64,000 nt of DNA, taken from positions 1 to 64,000 of IMG/VR virus record IMGVR_UViG_3300048008_000449. One strand, given 5' to 3'. A model generated the notes under the pieces. That model had not been told where the DNA came from, ran no database searches, and saw nothing but the letters and a program-made list of their open reading frames with translations. The translations under genes were made by a program, and so were the position numbers. This document shows, one piece after another, positions 27,203-36,444 of the stretch (positions are counted from its first letter, which is position 1; each line of letters opens with the position of its first letter).

Positions 27203-27448
27203 TTAGTATTTATCTATATTAGAAGATAAACGTAGAAGCATTGCCTGTTTTGGTTCAAACAGTAAATATACCTCAACGAACGTAGAATCACATTCTTCTA
27301 ATTTAGTTGCTTTGCTATTGTTAACAAAGATAGTTCTTTTTGGTTGATATTTCATTACTATTTGCTTTACGTCTTCAAGGGTTCCTGAGACTTTGAAAGA
27401 TATTAATTCACCTATATACTCTAGGCCATGTTTAAATTTTGATTTCAT
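27203..27448 (-). CDS. Hypothetical protein
   Basis: 81-aa ORF overlapping the upstream gene. Confidence 0.55.
   Translation of the reverse strand: MKSKFKHGLEYIGELISFKVSGTLEDVKQIVMKYQPKRTIFVNNSKATKLEECDSTFVEVYLLFEPKQAMLLRLSSNIDKY
27207..27213 (-). promoter_or_regulatory. AGATAAATA late-type promoter motif upstream of the TolQ/MotA-like cassette
   Basis: TATTTAT on + strand 25 nt upstream of the ATG at 27182. Confidence 0.45.
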
Positions 27449-28358
27449 TACATAATATCTCTGTTAAAAAGTCGCTTTTAGTAAGTGTCTTTAGTCTTAC
27501 GTAATCGTCTTTGATTAACAAGTTATTATATAATTGCTCGTATAGTACATCATTACTTGTAATGTGTAACGAATTACACATGTATTTATAGTAATCAGTA
27601 CTGGTCGTTTTATTAGTAGAAAATAAAGTTTTTAAATCAAACACAATATTTTCAATTGGTAATAATTCATCTTCTTGTAGATCTACAACATTAAGAAATT
27701 GTTCTGTAAACTTGTGTGTTCCTTCTTCTATTGCATATTCTAGCCCTTGTTCTCTTGCCATAGTTATTAGTGCCGCTGGTTTATCTTTCATCCATTCTAT
27801 TACTGTAGATACATTTTTTGGATCAATTTCTTCTGCAAGTATATTAGTTAAATGTTCTATAGAACTAGCTTCTGGTAAGTTGAACCAATTTTTAAATCTC
27901 CCAATTTTCTTACCATCCATAACAGCAATGTTTCCATGTTGATATCGATGATTAGTATCAAATATTCTATATGCTTTTGGTTGATTAACAAAGTATATTT
28001 TTTGTTCAGTGTCTAATAAATTACCTATTGATATACTAGAAGGTAAACACCATTTAAAATCAGATTCTAATATTGGTTCGTTTTCAATATCTCTAAAATC
28101 TTGTAATGAGTTTTTTATATGATCTAAGTAGTTTGGAGATTTATGAAAGTTTCTAAAATCATCACTTATCTCAGGTAATCCACCAACTTCTCTTGTATAG
28201 TCAGCACCCTGTCTAATATAATAATTATTATAAGTTAGTTCATCAATTGGTTTAGGAAATATACCAGTGTCTGGTGAGTATGTTAGTATATGTTGAAATA
28301 TACTTGACTGTCCAACATGGTCTTCAAAGTTGACGTTAAGTAATAAATTATTTAGCAT
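27432..28358 (-). CDS. Hypothetical protein
   Basis: Long ORF; start set at ATG 28358 overlapping the clamp-loader stop; no motif recognised. Confidence 0.7.
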   Translation of the reverse strand: MLNNLLLNVNFEDHVGQSSIFQHILTYSPDTGIFPKPIDELTYNNYYIRQGADYTREVGGLPEISDDFRNFHKSPNYLDHIKNSLQDFRDIENEPILESDFKWCLPSSISIGNLLDTEQKIYFVNQPKAYRIFDTNHRYQHGNIAVMDGKKIGRFKNWFNLPEASSIEHLTNILAEEIDPKNVSTVIEWMKDKPAALITMAREQGLEYAIEEGTHKFTEQFLNVVDLQEDELLPIENIVFDLKTLFSTNKTTSTDYYKYMCNSLHITSNDVLYEQLYNNLLIKDDYVRLKTLTKSDFLTEILCNEIKI

Positions 28359-29277
28359 TAAGTGTTCTTGCAATTTCTATCATTGTAGCACTTAGATTAA
28401 TTTCTGGATCTGCTACCTGAGTATGTTTAATCATACCCTCTCTTATTGCTAGTACACAACTATCGTATGTAAAATCGTCGTTTGTATATAAATCTAAATT
28501 CTTGTATAACCAAGTAAAAATTTCATTGTATTCATCAGCTCTTGCACTCTTAACAATTAGTTTACGTGCATCTTGAATCTTGCCAGCCTTAAACAGTTCT
28601 ACCATATTAATACGCCATTCGCTTGTACTACCGCCATCTTCTGGTAGTAACAATTTGTTATCTACAATAGTCATTTGTACTGTATTAATAGTCTTACGTA
28701 AATCAGGATAATTAGCACGAACCATTGCATCTAATGTATCAATGTCAAACTCTACTGCATTGTCTGCAAGTATTTCGCCTACTCTTACTGTAAAATCTGT
28801 TTGATCTAATTGTTCAATATGAAAACCTTGACATCTACTATGCAATGCAGGAATAATCATGTTAGGATAATTGCAAGTTAAAATAAATCTTACACTTGCA
28901 TGATACTGTTCCATTACTCCACGTAATGCCGCTTGTCCTTCAGGACTAATATGATCTGCCTCATCAAGTAGAATAACTTTAAATTCACCCCAAGGCATAG
29001 TTTCACTAAACGCACTAATACGTTTGCGAATCATTTCAACGCCATTATCTCTTGATGCGTTAATGTATAAAACATCAGCATTCTCAACATTAAGTTCTTT
29101 GATTAATACTTTTGCTAGTGTAGTTTTACCTGTGCCAGGACTACCGCTGAATAACAAATGTGGAATACCACCATCGTCAATCCAGTTCTGCACTTGTTTA
29201 CGTTGTGCATCATCTCTAAACACATAAGTACCAACCGTTTCAGGACGATACTTTTCTACCCATAATTCTTTAGCCAT
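28348..29277 (-). CDS. Sliding-clamp loader AAA+ subunit (RFC small subunit / T4 gp44-like)
   Basis: LWVEKYRP, PHLLFSGSPGTGKTT, ILLDEAD, SRC. Confidence 0.93.
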   Translation of the reverse strand: MAKELWVEKYRPETVGTYVFRDDAQRKQVQNWIDDGGIPHLLFSGSPGTGKTTLAKVLIKELNVENADVLYINASRDNGVEMIRKRISAFSETMPWGEFKVILLDEADHISPEGQAALRGVMEQYHASVRFILTCNYPNMIIPALHSRCQGFHIEQLDQTDFTVRVGEILADNAVEFDIDTLDAMVRANYPDLRKTINTVQMTIVDNKLLLPEDGGSTSEWRINMVELFKAGKIQDARKLIVKSARADEYNEIFTWLYKNLDLYTNDDFTYDSCVLAIREGMIKHTQVADPEINLSATMIEIARTLNAK

Positions 29278-29299
29278 TAGTCTTCCTTATTAAAGTTAT

Positions 29300-29328
29300 A
29301 TTATACTTGGTTTTCATTAAAAAGTCAA
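29300..29328 (-). promoter_or_regulatory. sigma70 promoter TTGACT-17-TATAAT upstream of the clamp loader
   Basis: -35 at 29323-29328, -10 at 29300-29305, counted from the sequence. Confidence 0.8.
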
Positions 29329-29332
29329 CTTG

Positions 29333-29566
29333 TTACTTGATAATGCCATTTTCCCAATTCTCTGCACAATCTTCTGCATAACGTTTACTGTGTCCAACAA
29401 TTGGTCTCTCTTCAACCAATGTGTTGTCTTGATACATCTTAACAACGTAATGTGTCTCTTCAACAATCTCTGCATGTCTATTATTTGTTGTTTTTGAAAA
29501 ACCTATTGTACTATCAGCCACTGCTTGTAGCTTACTAGCTCTTTTTCCTTTTCTTCCGGTTGCCAC
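29333..29566 (-). CDS. Hypothetical protein
   Basis: 77-aa ORF; C-terminal HSKRYAEDCAENW resembles a recurrent phage small-protein ending (by eye). Confidence 0.65.
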   Translation of the reverse strand: MATGRKGKRASKLQAVADSTIGFSKTTNNRHAEIVEETHYVVKMYQDNTLVEERPIVGHSKRYAEDCAENWENGIIK

Positions 29567-29819
29567 TTTGTTCTCCTTTTATTTCTTTTGGATTTAATAG
29601 ATTAACTGCGTTTGGGAATATTTTATCCGTGAGGTCTAAAACTAATATTAGCATTAATACTCCCCAACCTAACGGACCTGCGAAAAACAGCCAGCATATA
29701 ATATGCCAATCTTTAGCTTCCTTGCCAACTGTATATTTTGCTAATGCCATAACTGCTATAAACCATAGTAGCATTACTACTATAGAAACTGCGACATCAA
29801 TAAAAAACATGTAATTCAT
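29535..29819 (-). CDS. Small membrane protein
   Basis: Two hydrophobic segments and a basic tail. Confidence 0.55.
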   Translation of the reverse strand: MNYMFFIDVAVSIVVMLLWFIAVMALAKYTVGKEAKDWHIICWLFFAGPLGWGVLMLILVLDLTDKIFPNAVNLLNPKEIKGEQSGNRKKRKKS

Positions 29820-29822
29820 ATT

Positions 29823-30035
29823 TTACCACCATCCTAATGTTCTGCCATTTCCTGCAATAATTAGACAACATGTTAATACATGCAATACTATCCAGAACGT
29901 TCTGAAAGCTAGTGCCTTCACTACATCTGATTGTGTAATTGGCAAAAATTCAGGCTTATCATCATCATTGAGACCAATTGGCATTCCAACTGTTCTCGCC
30001 CAAACTTTTAAAAATCTTCTTTGTCCACTCATCAA
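29823..30035 (-). CDS. Small membrane protein
   Basis: 70-aa ORF, ATGA overlap with prs, C-terminal hydrophobic helix. Confidence 0.6.
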   Translation of the reverse strand: MMSGQRRFLKVWARTVGMPIGLNDDDKPEFLPITQSDVVKALAFRTFWIVLHVLTCCLIIAGNGRTLGWW

Positions 30036-30979
30036 ATTTTATGTGTAAACAAACTGCTTACACTTTCTTCATTACTGACACGTCTAATAGCTTCACCAAA
30101 CATAGTTGATACACTTACTACTCGTGTCTTTTTACAATCATCTGGACAAGAAAATTTAATGCTATCTGTAATAACAAGTTCTTCCAATACACTATTCTCA
30201 ACTTTATGACATGCTTCGCCAGTTAGTACTCCATGTGTAATATATGCTCGTACACTTAATGCACCAGCGTCCATGATTGCTTTTGCGGCGTTACATAGTG
30301 TTCCACCACTGTCAATAATATCGTCAACTAGAATTGCATGACAACCTTTAACATCACCAATAAGTCCCATTACTTCACTTTCGCCTGCTTTGGGTCTACG
30401 TTTGTCCACAATAGCAATATCGCCTCCAAACATATCAGCAAATTTTCTAGCACGTACTGTACCACCTGCGTCTGGTGAAACAAATACTGTACCTTTTTCT
30501 ATTTCTACATTATACTTAATATCTTTTGCAAACGCAATACGACTTGTTAAGTCATCAACAGGAATATCAAAAAAGCCTTGTATCTGTCCTGCATGTAAAT
30601 CCATTGTAAGGATTCTATCTGCACCTGCTTGTGTAATAAGATTTGCAACTAGTTTTGCAGTAATTGGTGTACGGCTAGCACTCTTACGATCTTGTCGTGC
30701 ATAACCAAAGTATGGAATAACTGCCGTAATACGACTGGCACTGCTACGCTTAGCCGCATCAATCATAATCATTAATTCCATTAAATTGTCGTTCACAGGT
30801 GTGCTTGTGCTTTGTATAATAAAAACATCTTCGCCACGTATATTTTCTAAAAATTCTACACTACATTCGCCATCAGCAAAAGTTTTAATTTCAGCAGGTA
30901 CAATTGTAGCAAAACAATGAGAAGCAATTTTCTCTGCCATTTCAGTATTACTATTTCCTGCAATAATCTTCATCTTCAT
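30032..30979 (-). CDS. prs: Ribose-phosphate pyrophosphokinase (PRPP synthetase)
   Basis: [45 protein letters not shown]. Confidence 0.96.
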   Translation of the reverse strand: MKMKIIAGNSNTEMAEKIASHCFATIVPAEIKTFADGECSVEFLENIRGEDVFIIQSTSTPVNDNLMELMIMIDAAKRSSASRITAVIPYFGYARQDRKSASRTPITAKLVANLITQAGADRILTMDLHAGQIQGFFDIPVDDLTSRIAFAKDIKYNVEIEKGTVFVSPDAGGTVRARKFADMFGGDIAIVDKRRPKAGESEVMGLIGDVKGCHAILVDDIIDSGGTLCNAAKAIMDAGALSVRAYITHGVLTGEACHKVENSVLEELVITDSIKFSCPDDCKKTRVVSVSTMFGEAIRRVSNEESVSSLFTHKI

Positions 30980-31016
30980 CTAGTCTCCAACTCTTGATTA
31001 ATAATTATATATACTT

Positions 31017-31045
31017 AATATATATTAGAATTCATAAAAAGTCAA
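31017..31045 (-). promoter_or_regulatory. sigma70-like promoter TTGACT-17-TATATT upstream of prs
   Basis: -35 at 31040-31045, -10 at 31017-31022. Confidence 0.6.
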
Positions 31046-31047
31046 CA

Positions 31048-31431
31048 TTAAATTTTAAGCATTAATGCCATTATGTCAATAACATCGCTTGGTCTCGCAT
31101 AGTACTCTTTTTCTATCCATCCTTGTTTAACACTTATTTCAGGACAGTCAAATGAGTGATCACCATTTCCGTTATTAAAAGTACAGTAATTCCATACTCT
31201 GCATACAACTGGTAAGTGTGTCATTCCCATTCGAGGTAAGAGATATATTCTATGATTGCCCGTGTCTAGTCTAACTTTACGACTGTAAACTCCTACGCCT
31301 AATATTATGGGTTCTAAAATTCCATTTTTCGAAATGTCTTCCATTAAAGCAAGATCATCATTTGGGCTAGGCGTAGGGTTTTTCCATTGTGTTAAGAGTT
31401 GTACAGGCATTTGCTGTATGAACTCTTTCAT
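31048..31431 (-). CDS. ParB/Sulfiredoxin-like domain protein
   Basis: ISKNGILEPIIL..RLDTGNHRI..GM..LPV. Confidence 0.65.
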   Translation of the reverse strand: MKEFIQQMPVQLLTQWKNPTPSPNDDLALMEDISKNGILEPIILGVGVYSRKVRLDTGNHRIYLLPRMGMTHLPVVCRVWNYCTFNNGNGDHSFDCPEISVKQGWIEKEYYARPSDVIDIMALMLKI

Positions 31432-31432
31432 C

Positions 31433-32071
31433 TTAATATGTGTCTACGATTTGATCTGCAATGCCGTGCTTCACTGCTTCTTCGGCTGTTAACCAAACAT
31501 CTTGTGCTGGTAACAATATTTCACGGATTTTCTTTTCTGTTAAACCAGTACATCTTTTATAATGTTCTAGCATACGTTCACTTGAAAGTTCAAACTCTTT
31601 AATACGAGCAAATAGTTCGTGTTCTTTACCACCTGATCCCCAACTGTATTGATGTGATAAGATACTTGTGTTTCTAGTTAGTACACGTTTACCTTTTTCA
31701 CCTGCCATAAATGCAAGTACACCACATGAAGCAATCATACCAAGTCCTACTGTTCTAACTGGAATAGCAGAACCTTTCATAGTATCAATTAAACCAAATG
31801 CGGCATGTACACTTCCACCTGGACTGTTGATAATAAGTGTAAGTTCCTTTGGTCTTTCACTGTCTGGTAATAAATTCTTTTCAATAATCCAGTTGACAAT
31901 TGGTTTTGTTGTTTCGTATGTAAAAGCTTCAGCAAAGTAATGTACACCTGCATCCCACATCATTTGTCCTGGTTGTTTTGGTGGGCCCATTGGTGGTCCC
32001 TTTGGTGATGCATTTTCTTCTAATGCGGCACCCATTTCTCCTATCGCCTTTTGTAATTTATCGATATTCAT
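31433..32071 (-). CDS. clpP: ClpP-like serine protease (peptidase S14)
   Basis: LIINSPGGSV, GMIASCG (catalytic Ser), ILSHQ (His), WLTAEEAVKHGIAD. Confidence 0.9.
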   Translation of the reverse strand: MNIDKLQKAIGEMGAALEENASPKGPPMGPPKQPGQMMWDAGVHYFAEAFTYETTKPIVNWIIEKNLLPDSERPKELTLIINSPGGSVHAAFGLIDTMKGSAIPVRTVGLGMIASCGVLAFMAGEKGKRVLTRNTSILSHQYSWGSGGKEHELFARIKEFELSSERMLEHYKRCTGLTEKKIREILLPAQDVWLTAEEAVKHGIADQIVDTY

Positions 32072-32096
32072 TTTAATTTATTTCCTTAATATTTAA

Positions 32097-32474
32097 TTAT
32101 AGTTTGTGTCTAGTCGTGTCATTGGATGGACGTTTTGGAATTGATTTAGCATATACTTCAAGACTTTTATCGTCTCTTGGATCAGTATCTGATAATGCTA
32201 AACAATCTTTATTGTCAAGTAGGTAAATTTTTTCTTCATTGCCTACATCCATACCATTGCTCCATCGTCCGTGATCAACAAGGACGAAATTGTCTTTTTG
32301 TATCCAATCGATTCCTTCACCAACACTGTACACTTTAAACCAACGTGGTCTAACTGCGGCTTCTGTTGCATCTTTTTCAGTAATAATAATTCCACCTGCT
32401 GTAGTTTTTTCAGTGCCAGGCTTATCAATCATTTCTGCCAGAATCTTATTTTTCATTGCTCTAATAGTTCTCAT
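32097..32474 (-). CDS. groES: GroES-like co-chaperonin (phage gp31-type role)
   Basis: EKTTAGGIII mobile loop, VYSVGEG; no groEL nearby. Confidence 0.8.
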   Translation of the reverse strand: MRTIRAMKNKILAEMIDKPGTEKTTAGGIIITEKDATEAAVRPRWFKVYSVGEGIDWIQKDNFVLVDHGRWSNGMDVGNEEKIYLLDNKDCLALSDTDPRDDKSLEVYAKSIPKRPSNDTTRHKL

Positions 32475-32482
32475 TATATTTC

Positions 32483-32875
32483 CTATTTTGCTTCGATGTC
32501 TTCCATACTTCCGTCACTATACTCAACTTCAAAATATTGAGTGCCGTCTTCTCTAGTACGAGCTTTACGACCAACTTCAGTTACTTTAGGCTTCTTGGGT
32601 TTTTCCTGTTTGTCAACAGGCTCTTTAGTTTCAATGTTGACATGTTGTTTCTCATCTTCTTTGATACTAATATTTTTGCTGTCTGCACCTGGTACATTAT
32701 CTTTGTAGAATTCTTTTGCAATTTTTTCTCGAGGAATTGTTACTTGGTTTCTATTGTCAATAATATCACCACGAGCATTCAAGTTCATATTACTTACTGC
32801 TCTTGTTTTTTCGTGTTTTGCCGCAAGTGCCGCCATATCTAATGTACGCCCTTTGGCTGTTTTTACTGTTTTCAT
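32483..32875 (-). CDS. Hypothetical phage protein
   Basis: KTAKGRTLDM..N.NARGD.I N-terminus; charged C-terminus. Confidence 0.7.
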   Translation of the reverse strand: MKTVKTAKGRTLDMAALAAKHEKTRAVSNMNLNARGDIIDNRNQVTIPREKIAKEFYKDNVPGADSKNISIKEDEKQHVNIETKEPVDKQEKPKKPKVTEVGRKARTREDGTQYFEVEYSDGSMEDIEAK

Positions 32876-33378
32876 TTTAAAAACTCCTTGATATCAAGTT
32901 CATATTTAATGCTATCTATACGATGTATACCTAGCAAGTATAGACAGTAGCTAGCTACACTACTACCTCTTCCTACTCCTAGTACAATGTTATGTTGTTC
33001 ACATATGTTTGCTAAGTAAAGCAAGAATTTCAGCACTATTATCATACCTCGCTTATCGTATTCAATAAGCTCTTTATATACCCTGTCACGTTGTTGTGCT
33101 GAACTACAACGTTCCATTAACCATTCATGGATATTTATGTCGTAATATTCTGACGGCATATTCCATTTATTTAGGCAATCTTCTACATATGTATCACTGT
33201 TACTTTCGTAACTAGCTTTGATTATTCTATCTAAATCGAATGTTTGACACCATTCGTTATATGTATTTATGGGCTCTATATCGTCCATTATTACATTATC
33301 AAATTGTTTGCCAGTTAATACCCCATGCACTAAGTCTTCTTCAGTCATAACGTATTGTTTATTTTTATTCATATGCAT
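32872..33378 (-). CDS. dnaE: DNA polymerase III alpha-subunit fragment (GRGS region only)
   Basis: VLGVGRGSSVASYCLYLLGIHRIDSIKYELDIKEFLK corresponds to DnaE GPGRGSAAGSLVAY.LGIT..DP..Y.L.FERFL; ends before the PDIDxD catalytic motif; start may be 33372. Confidence 0.8.
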   Translation of the reverse strand: MHMNKNKQYVMTEEDLVHGVLTGKQFDNVIMDDIEPINTYNEWCQTFDLDRIIKASYESNSDTYVEDCLNKWNMPSEYYDINIHEWLMERCSSAQQRDRVYKELIEYDKRGMIIVLKFLLYLANICEQHNIVLGVGRGSSVASYCLYLLGIHRIDSIKYELDIKEFLK

Positions 33379-33384
33379 CCTACT

Positions 33385-33413
33385 ATTATATTACTTTTTC
33401 TTGTAAAAGTCAA
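33385..33413 (-). promoter_or_regulatory. sigma70 promoter TTGACT-17-TATAAT whose -35 lies inside the 3' end of the upstream CDS
   Basis: -35 at 33408-33413, -10 at 33385-33390. Confidence 0.7.
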
Positions 33414-33699
33414 GCATTTCATCTATTGATTCCGTCGGAGGTGGTAAGTCTAAATCACCTATTTCTAATGATGTTCCATCTTCCTCCATTTTACCATCTT
33501 TTGATTTTAGTAATGCTGTCTGTGATAACTGCATTTTATGATCTCTAATCAAATCAATAAACAAATTAATCTGATCAAGTATTCCACCACTCATTTGAGC
33601 TTTACTAGCCGCTAGTACTTTTTTAAGCATTTGTTTTTCAAACTCAATAGTTTCTTCTAACGTAAGCTGTTCTAATGGTTTACCTTGATAGTCAATCAT
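33391..33699 (-). CDS. Hypothetical protein
   Basis: 102-aa ORF, ATGA overlap with rpiB. Confidence 0.65.
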   Translation of the reverse strand: MIDYQGKPLEQLTLEETIEFEKQMLKKVLAASKAQMSGGILDQINLFIDLIRDHKMQLSQTALLKSKDGKMEEDGTSLEIGDLDLPPPTESIDEMLDFYKKK

Positions 33700-34145
33700 C
33701 TCAACATATCCACACGTTCTTGATGTCTACCACCTTCAAATTTAGTGGTAAAAAATTTAGTAATAATTTTTTTAGCTTTAGGCAAACTAGTGAAGTCTGC
33801 ACCTAAACAAAGTATATTTGCATCGTTGTGTAGTCTAGACATTTCAGCTTCTTTTTCTGTTCTACATACAACAGCTCTACAACGTGGTACTCGGTTGGCT
33901 GCGATTGATACACCATAACCTGATCCACAAATTATTATTCCAGTATTCATCAATTTACTAGAAATATCTCTGGCTACAATTGATGCTATTTTTGGATAGT
34001 CAACTTTTTTATTTTCATATGGACCGCTATCAGCAAATACTGATATATCAAATCTTGGGTCCTTGTCAATTGGTGTTAACCATTTAGATATTTCATTTTT
34101 TAATTCATATCCTCTATGGTCTGATCCAATTACTAGATCGATCAT
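33696..34145 (-). CDS. rpiB: Ribose-5-phosphate isomerase B
   Basis: IGSDHRG, VDYP, GIIICGSG.GVSIAANR, HNDANILCLG, FEGGRHQERV. Confidence 0.95.
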   Translation of the reverse strand: MIDLVIGSDHRGYELKNEISKWLTPIDKDPRFDISVFADSGPYENKKVDYPKIASIVARDISSKLMNTGIIICGSGYGVSIAANRVPRCRAVVCRTEKEAEMSRLHNDANILCLGADFTSLPKAKKIITKFFTTKFEGGRHQERVDMLR

Positions 34146-34564
34146 ATATCACCGTCTTTTCTATTCTCACTATAATGAGCATCAAATGATCCACCTGGGT
34201 AACGTTTTTCAAGTTTTTTAACATTTTCTGCAATAACTTCATTAGGGTCAATTCCTAATGCACTACAACTGTTCATCCAATACCACATAATATCGCCAAG
34301 CTCTCGCATAGCGTGATACTGTGTGTCTTCATCCATAGGCTTACCTTGGAATACACACTTCTTTACAATTTCCATAAACTCGCCACCTTCAGCACTGATG
34401 CCAATAGCACCTGTCATAAGTTGTGCCATGTTTACTTTCATTTTGCTTTCAGTTGTTTCAATCTCAACAATACGATTATACATCTGCATACTTGAGAGTG
34501 ATTCATTGCTTGTTACTTCTCGTACAAAATCTTTGTACTTGTTTAGATCAATCTGCTTGGTCAT
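34142..34564 (-). CDS. mazG: MazG-like nucleoside triphosphate pyrophosphohydrolase
   Basis: GISAEGGEFMEIVKK, ELGDIMWY, N..KL..RYP. Confidence 0.88.
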   Translation of the reverse strand: MTKQIDLNKYKDFVREVTSNESLSSMQMYNRIVEIETTESKMKVNMAQLMTGAIGISAEGGEFMEIVKKCVFQGKPMDEDTQYHAMRELGDIMWYWMNSCSALGIDPNEVIAENVKKLEKRYPGGSFDAHYSENRKDGDI

Positions 34565-34573
34565 TTTACTTCC

Positions 34574-34972
34574 TTAATTTTTTGTTGCGTCAGTTACTTC
34601 TGGTAATTTAAATGCGTTTGCATTTTCTTCTACTTTTTCCATGTCAAAGTTAATGCTTTCTCCACAACCACAACTACTTGCCGCTGATGGATTAACAATT
34701 TCTAACATAGTACCCATAAGGTCTTGTTTAAGTTCAAGTGTTGTGCCTACTAAAAACATAATACTTGAGCTGTCAACTGCCATCTTTTTTCCGTTATCCA
34801 TAATTATAACATGATCTGCTTTCGTGTCAAGTTCTGATTCTTCTTTTAGTTTCCATTCGTAACTAAAACCTGCACACCCACCTCCACGTAAACCTAATAC
34901 TGGAATCTTATTATCATTTGATTCACTTATACCTGTTAAGTGATTCATAGCTTTTTCTGTAATTTTAATCAT
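34574..34972 (-). CDS. iscA: HesB/IscA/SufA A-type Fe-S carrier protein
   Basis: GGGCAGFSY and NPSA..SCGCGES (three conserved Cys). Confidence 0.9.
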   Translation of the reverse strand: MIKITEKAMNHLTGISESNDNKIPVLGLRGGGCAGFSYEWKLKEESELDTKADHVIIMDNGKKMAVDSSSIMFLVGTTLELKQDLMGTMLEIVNPSAASSCGCGESINFDMEKVEENANAFKLPEVTDATKN

Positions 34973-35496
34973 TCTTTTGCTCCGTACAATTGGACCACGG
35001 GTAAATTATCGAGGCCCTTGTTGAGATATTCCAAGTTAACAAGTGTTACTGCCCCAATAACTTGGGCACCTGTTTGCTCAACCAATCTCTTAGTAGCTAA
35101 CATGCTACCTCCGGTTGCTATTAGGTCATCTGCAATTAATACTCTGCTAGTATGACCAAGTATACCTTCTTGTAATGTTAGTGTATCACTTCCATATTCA
35201 AGTTCGTATGTTTCTTCTAATAGTACTCCTGGGTATTTAGCACCTTTTTTACGAACCATTGTAAAAGGTAATAACATTTCTTGAGCAAGTGCTGAACCTA
35301 TTACAAATCCTCTACTCTCAATACCCACAATATGAGTAATGTACGACCCATCAAAATCTTCTTCGCATTGTGTTGCTAGAGATCTTACACAATCTCCCCA
35401 TACGTTACTACTAAACAAACTATTTAAGTCGTAAAAGTTTATACCTTCGACAGGATAATCTGGTACTGTTCTTATAAAATTTTTAATCTGTTTCAT
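34969..35496 (-). CDS. apt: Adenine phosphoribosyltransferase
   Basis: PDYP..GI.F.D, GIESRGF, VRKKG, YELEYG, DDLIATGGS. Confidence 0.94.
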   Translation of the reverse strand: MKQIKNFIRTVPDYPVEGINFYDLNSLFSSNVWGDCVRSLATQCEEDFDGSYITHIVGIESRGFVIGSALAQEMLLPFTMVRKKGAKYPGVLLEETYELEYGSDTLTLQEGILGHTSRVLIADDLIATGGSMLATKRLVEQTGAQVIGAVTLVNLEYLNKGLDNLPVVQLYGAKE

Positions 35497-35767
35497 CTAT
35501 TGTATCCACATGTATTCCTTTTACCCAATGATACCACTCACGCCATTTACGTTTTGCACTTACATGGGTTGGGTCTTTTGCCCAGTCTGCGACATCTTCT
35601 CTACTCTTCCAAGTCGTAATTGTAATTTCAATGTCGCCAATTTCTTCACTTGTTAAACTAATAAAACCAGGATGCTTTTCACCCAAGTCTCTAACTCTAG
35701 TTACGTAGTCTTTATATTCGTCATTAAAGTTTTTAATTTTTGCTATAAAGAATACTTTTACTGCCAT
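35483..35767 (-). CDS. Antibiotic biosynthesis monooxygenase (ABM) domain protein, heme-degrading HmoA/IsdG-like group
   Basis: PGFIS..ITITTWKS.E.V..W..DP.H..AK....EWY. Confidence 0.7.
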   Translation of the reverse strand: MAVKVFFIAKIKNFNDEYKDYVTRVRDLGEKHPGFISLTSEEIGDIEITITTWKSREDVADWAKDPTHVSAKRKWREWYHWVKGIHVDTIDETD

Positions 35768-35952
35768 TACATTACATGCTTTTTAAGTTTATCCATAATA
35801 GCACTGAACTCAGAAATCTCTTCGTTTAGTTCAGCAATTTCTTCATTAAGATCAGCAATACGAATTTCGCTGTCTTCAATTTTACGCTGTCTATCACGTA
35901 CCTTACGTTCTCTATCACGAATCTTTTTCTTATATGTATTTAACTCTGCCAT
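35767..35952 (-). CDS. Small coiled-coil protein
   Basis: Heptad-like charged repeats (RDRERKVRDRQRK, LNEEIAELNEEISE). Confidence 0.65.
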   Translation of the reverse strand: MAELNTYKKKIRDRERKVRDRQRKIEDSEIRIADLNEEIAELNEEISEFSAIMDKLKKHVM

Positions 35953-35954
35953 AA

Positions 35955-36299
35955 TTACTCCTGTTCCGGTGGATGAAAATCGTCTTCATTTGGAAAATCA
36001 TAATACCCACTAGGGTCTGAAGTGTAGTATGGATCGTTATACATAGGATCGTCTTCACTTGTAACACCTTTAATTTCAGGAATGAAATGCATTAGTGTTG
36101 ACTCAACACCTTGTTTAAGTGTTTCAGTACTACTAGCACAACCACTACAACTTCCACTCATCTGAGTGTGAAGAATTCCTGTTTCTTCATTAAAGTTAAT
36201 TATATTAATTTGCCCACCATGTTGTGCTACATTTGGATTAATATATTCTTCCATAACTTTATCAATTTGTTCAAGCAACTCTTCTTTAGACTTACTCAT
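35955..36299 (-). CDS. NifU C-terminal domain protein (NfuA-like Fe-S carrier)
   Basis: I.P.V..HGG.I, MSGSCSGCASS..TLKQGVE (CxxC). Confidence 0.92.
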   Translation of the reverse strand: MSKSKEELLEQIDKVMEEYINPNVAQHGGQINIINFNEETGILHTQMSGSCSGCASSTETLKQGVESTLMHFIPEIKGVTSEDDPMYNDPYYTSDPSGYYDFPNEDDFHPPEQE

Positions 36300-36444
36300 A
36301 TTTGTACCTCGTTTTTCTAATATCCATCATATGGATACTACGTTCAATTTTATCTTCTTTACGTCTAGCAAATTTGTAACCAGCAAAAAAAGATAGTGCC
36401 ATTACTGCTCCAATAGCTAGCAAGTGCCATACTAAAAATGTCAT
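36292..36444 (-). CDS. 50-aa single-TM protein (absent from ORF track)
   Basis: MTFLVWHLLAIGAVMALSFFAGYKFARRKEDK..; GGAG RBS; overlaps both neighbours. Confidence 0.6.
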   Translation of the reverse strand: MTFLVWHLLAIGAVMALSFFAGYKFARRKEDKIERSIHMMDIRKTRYKYE

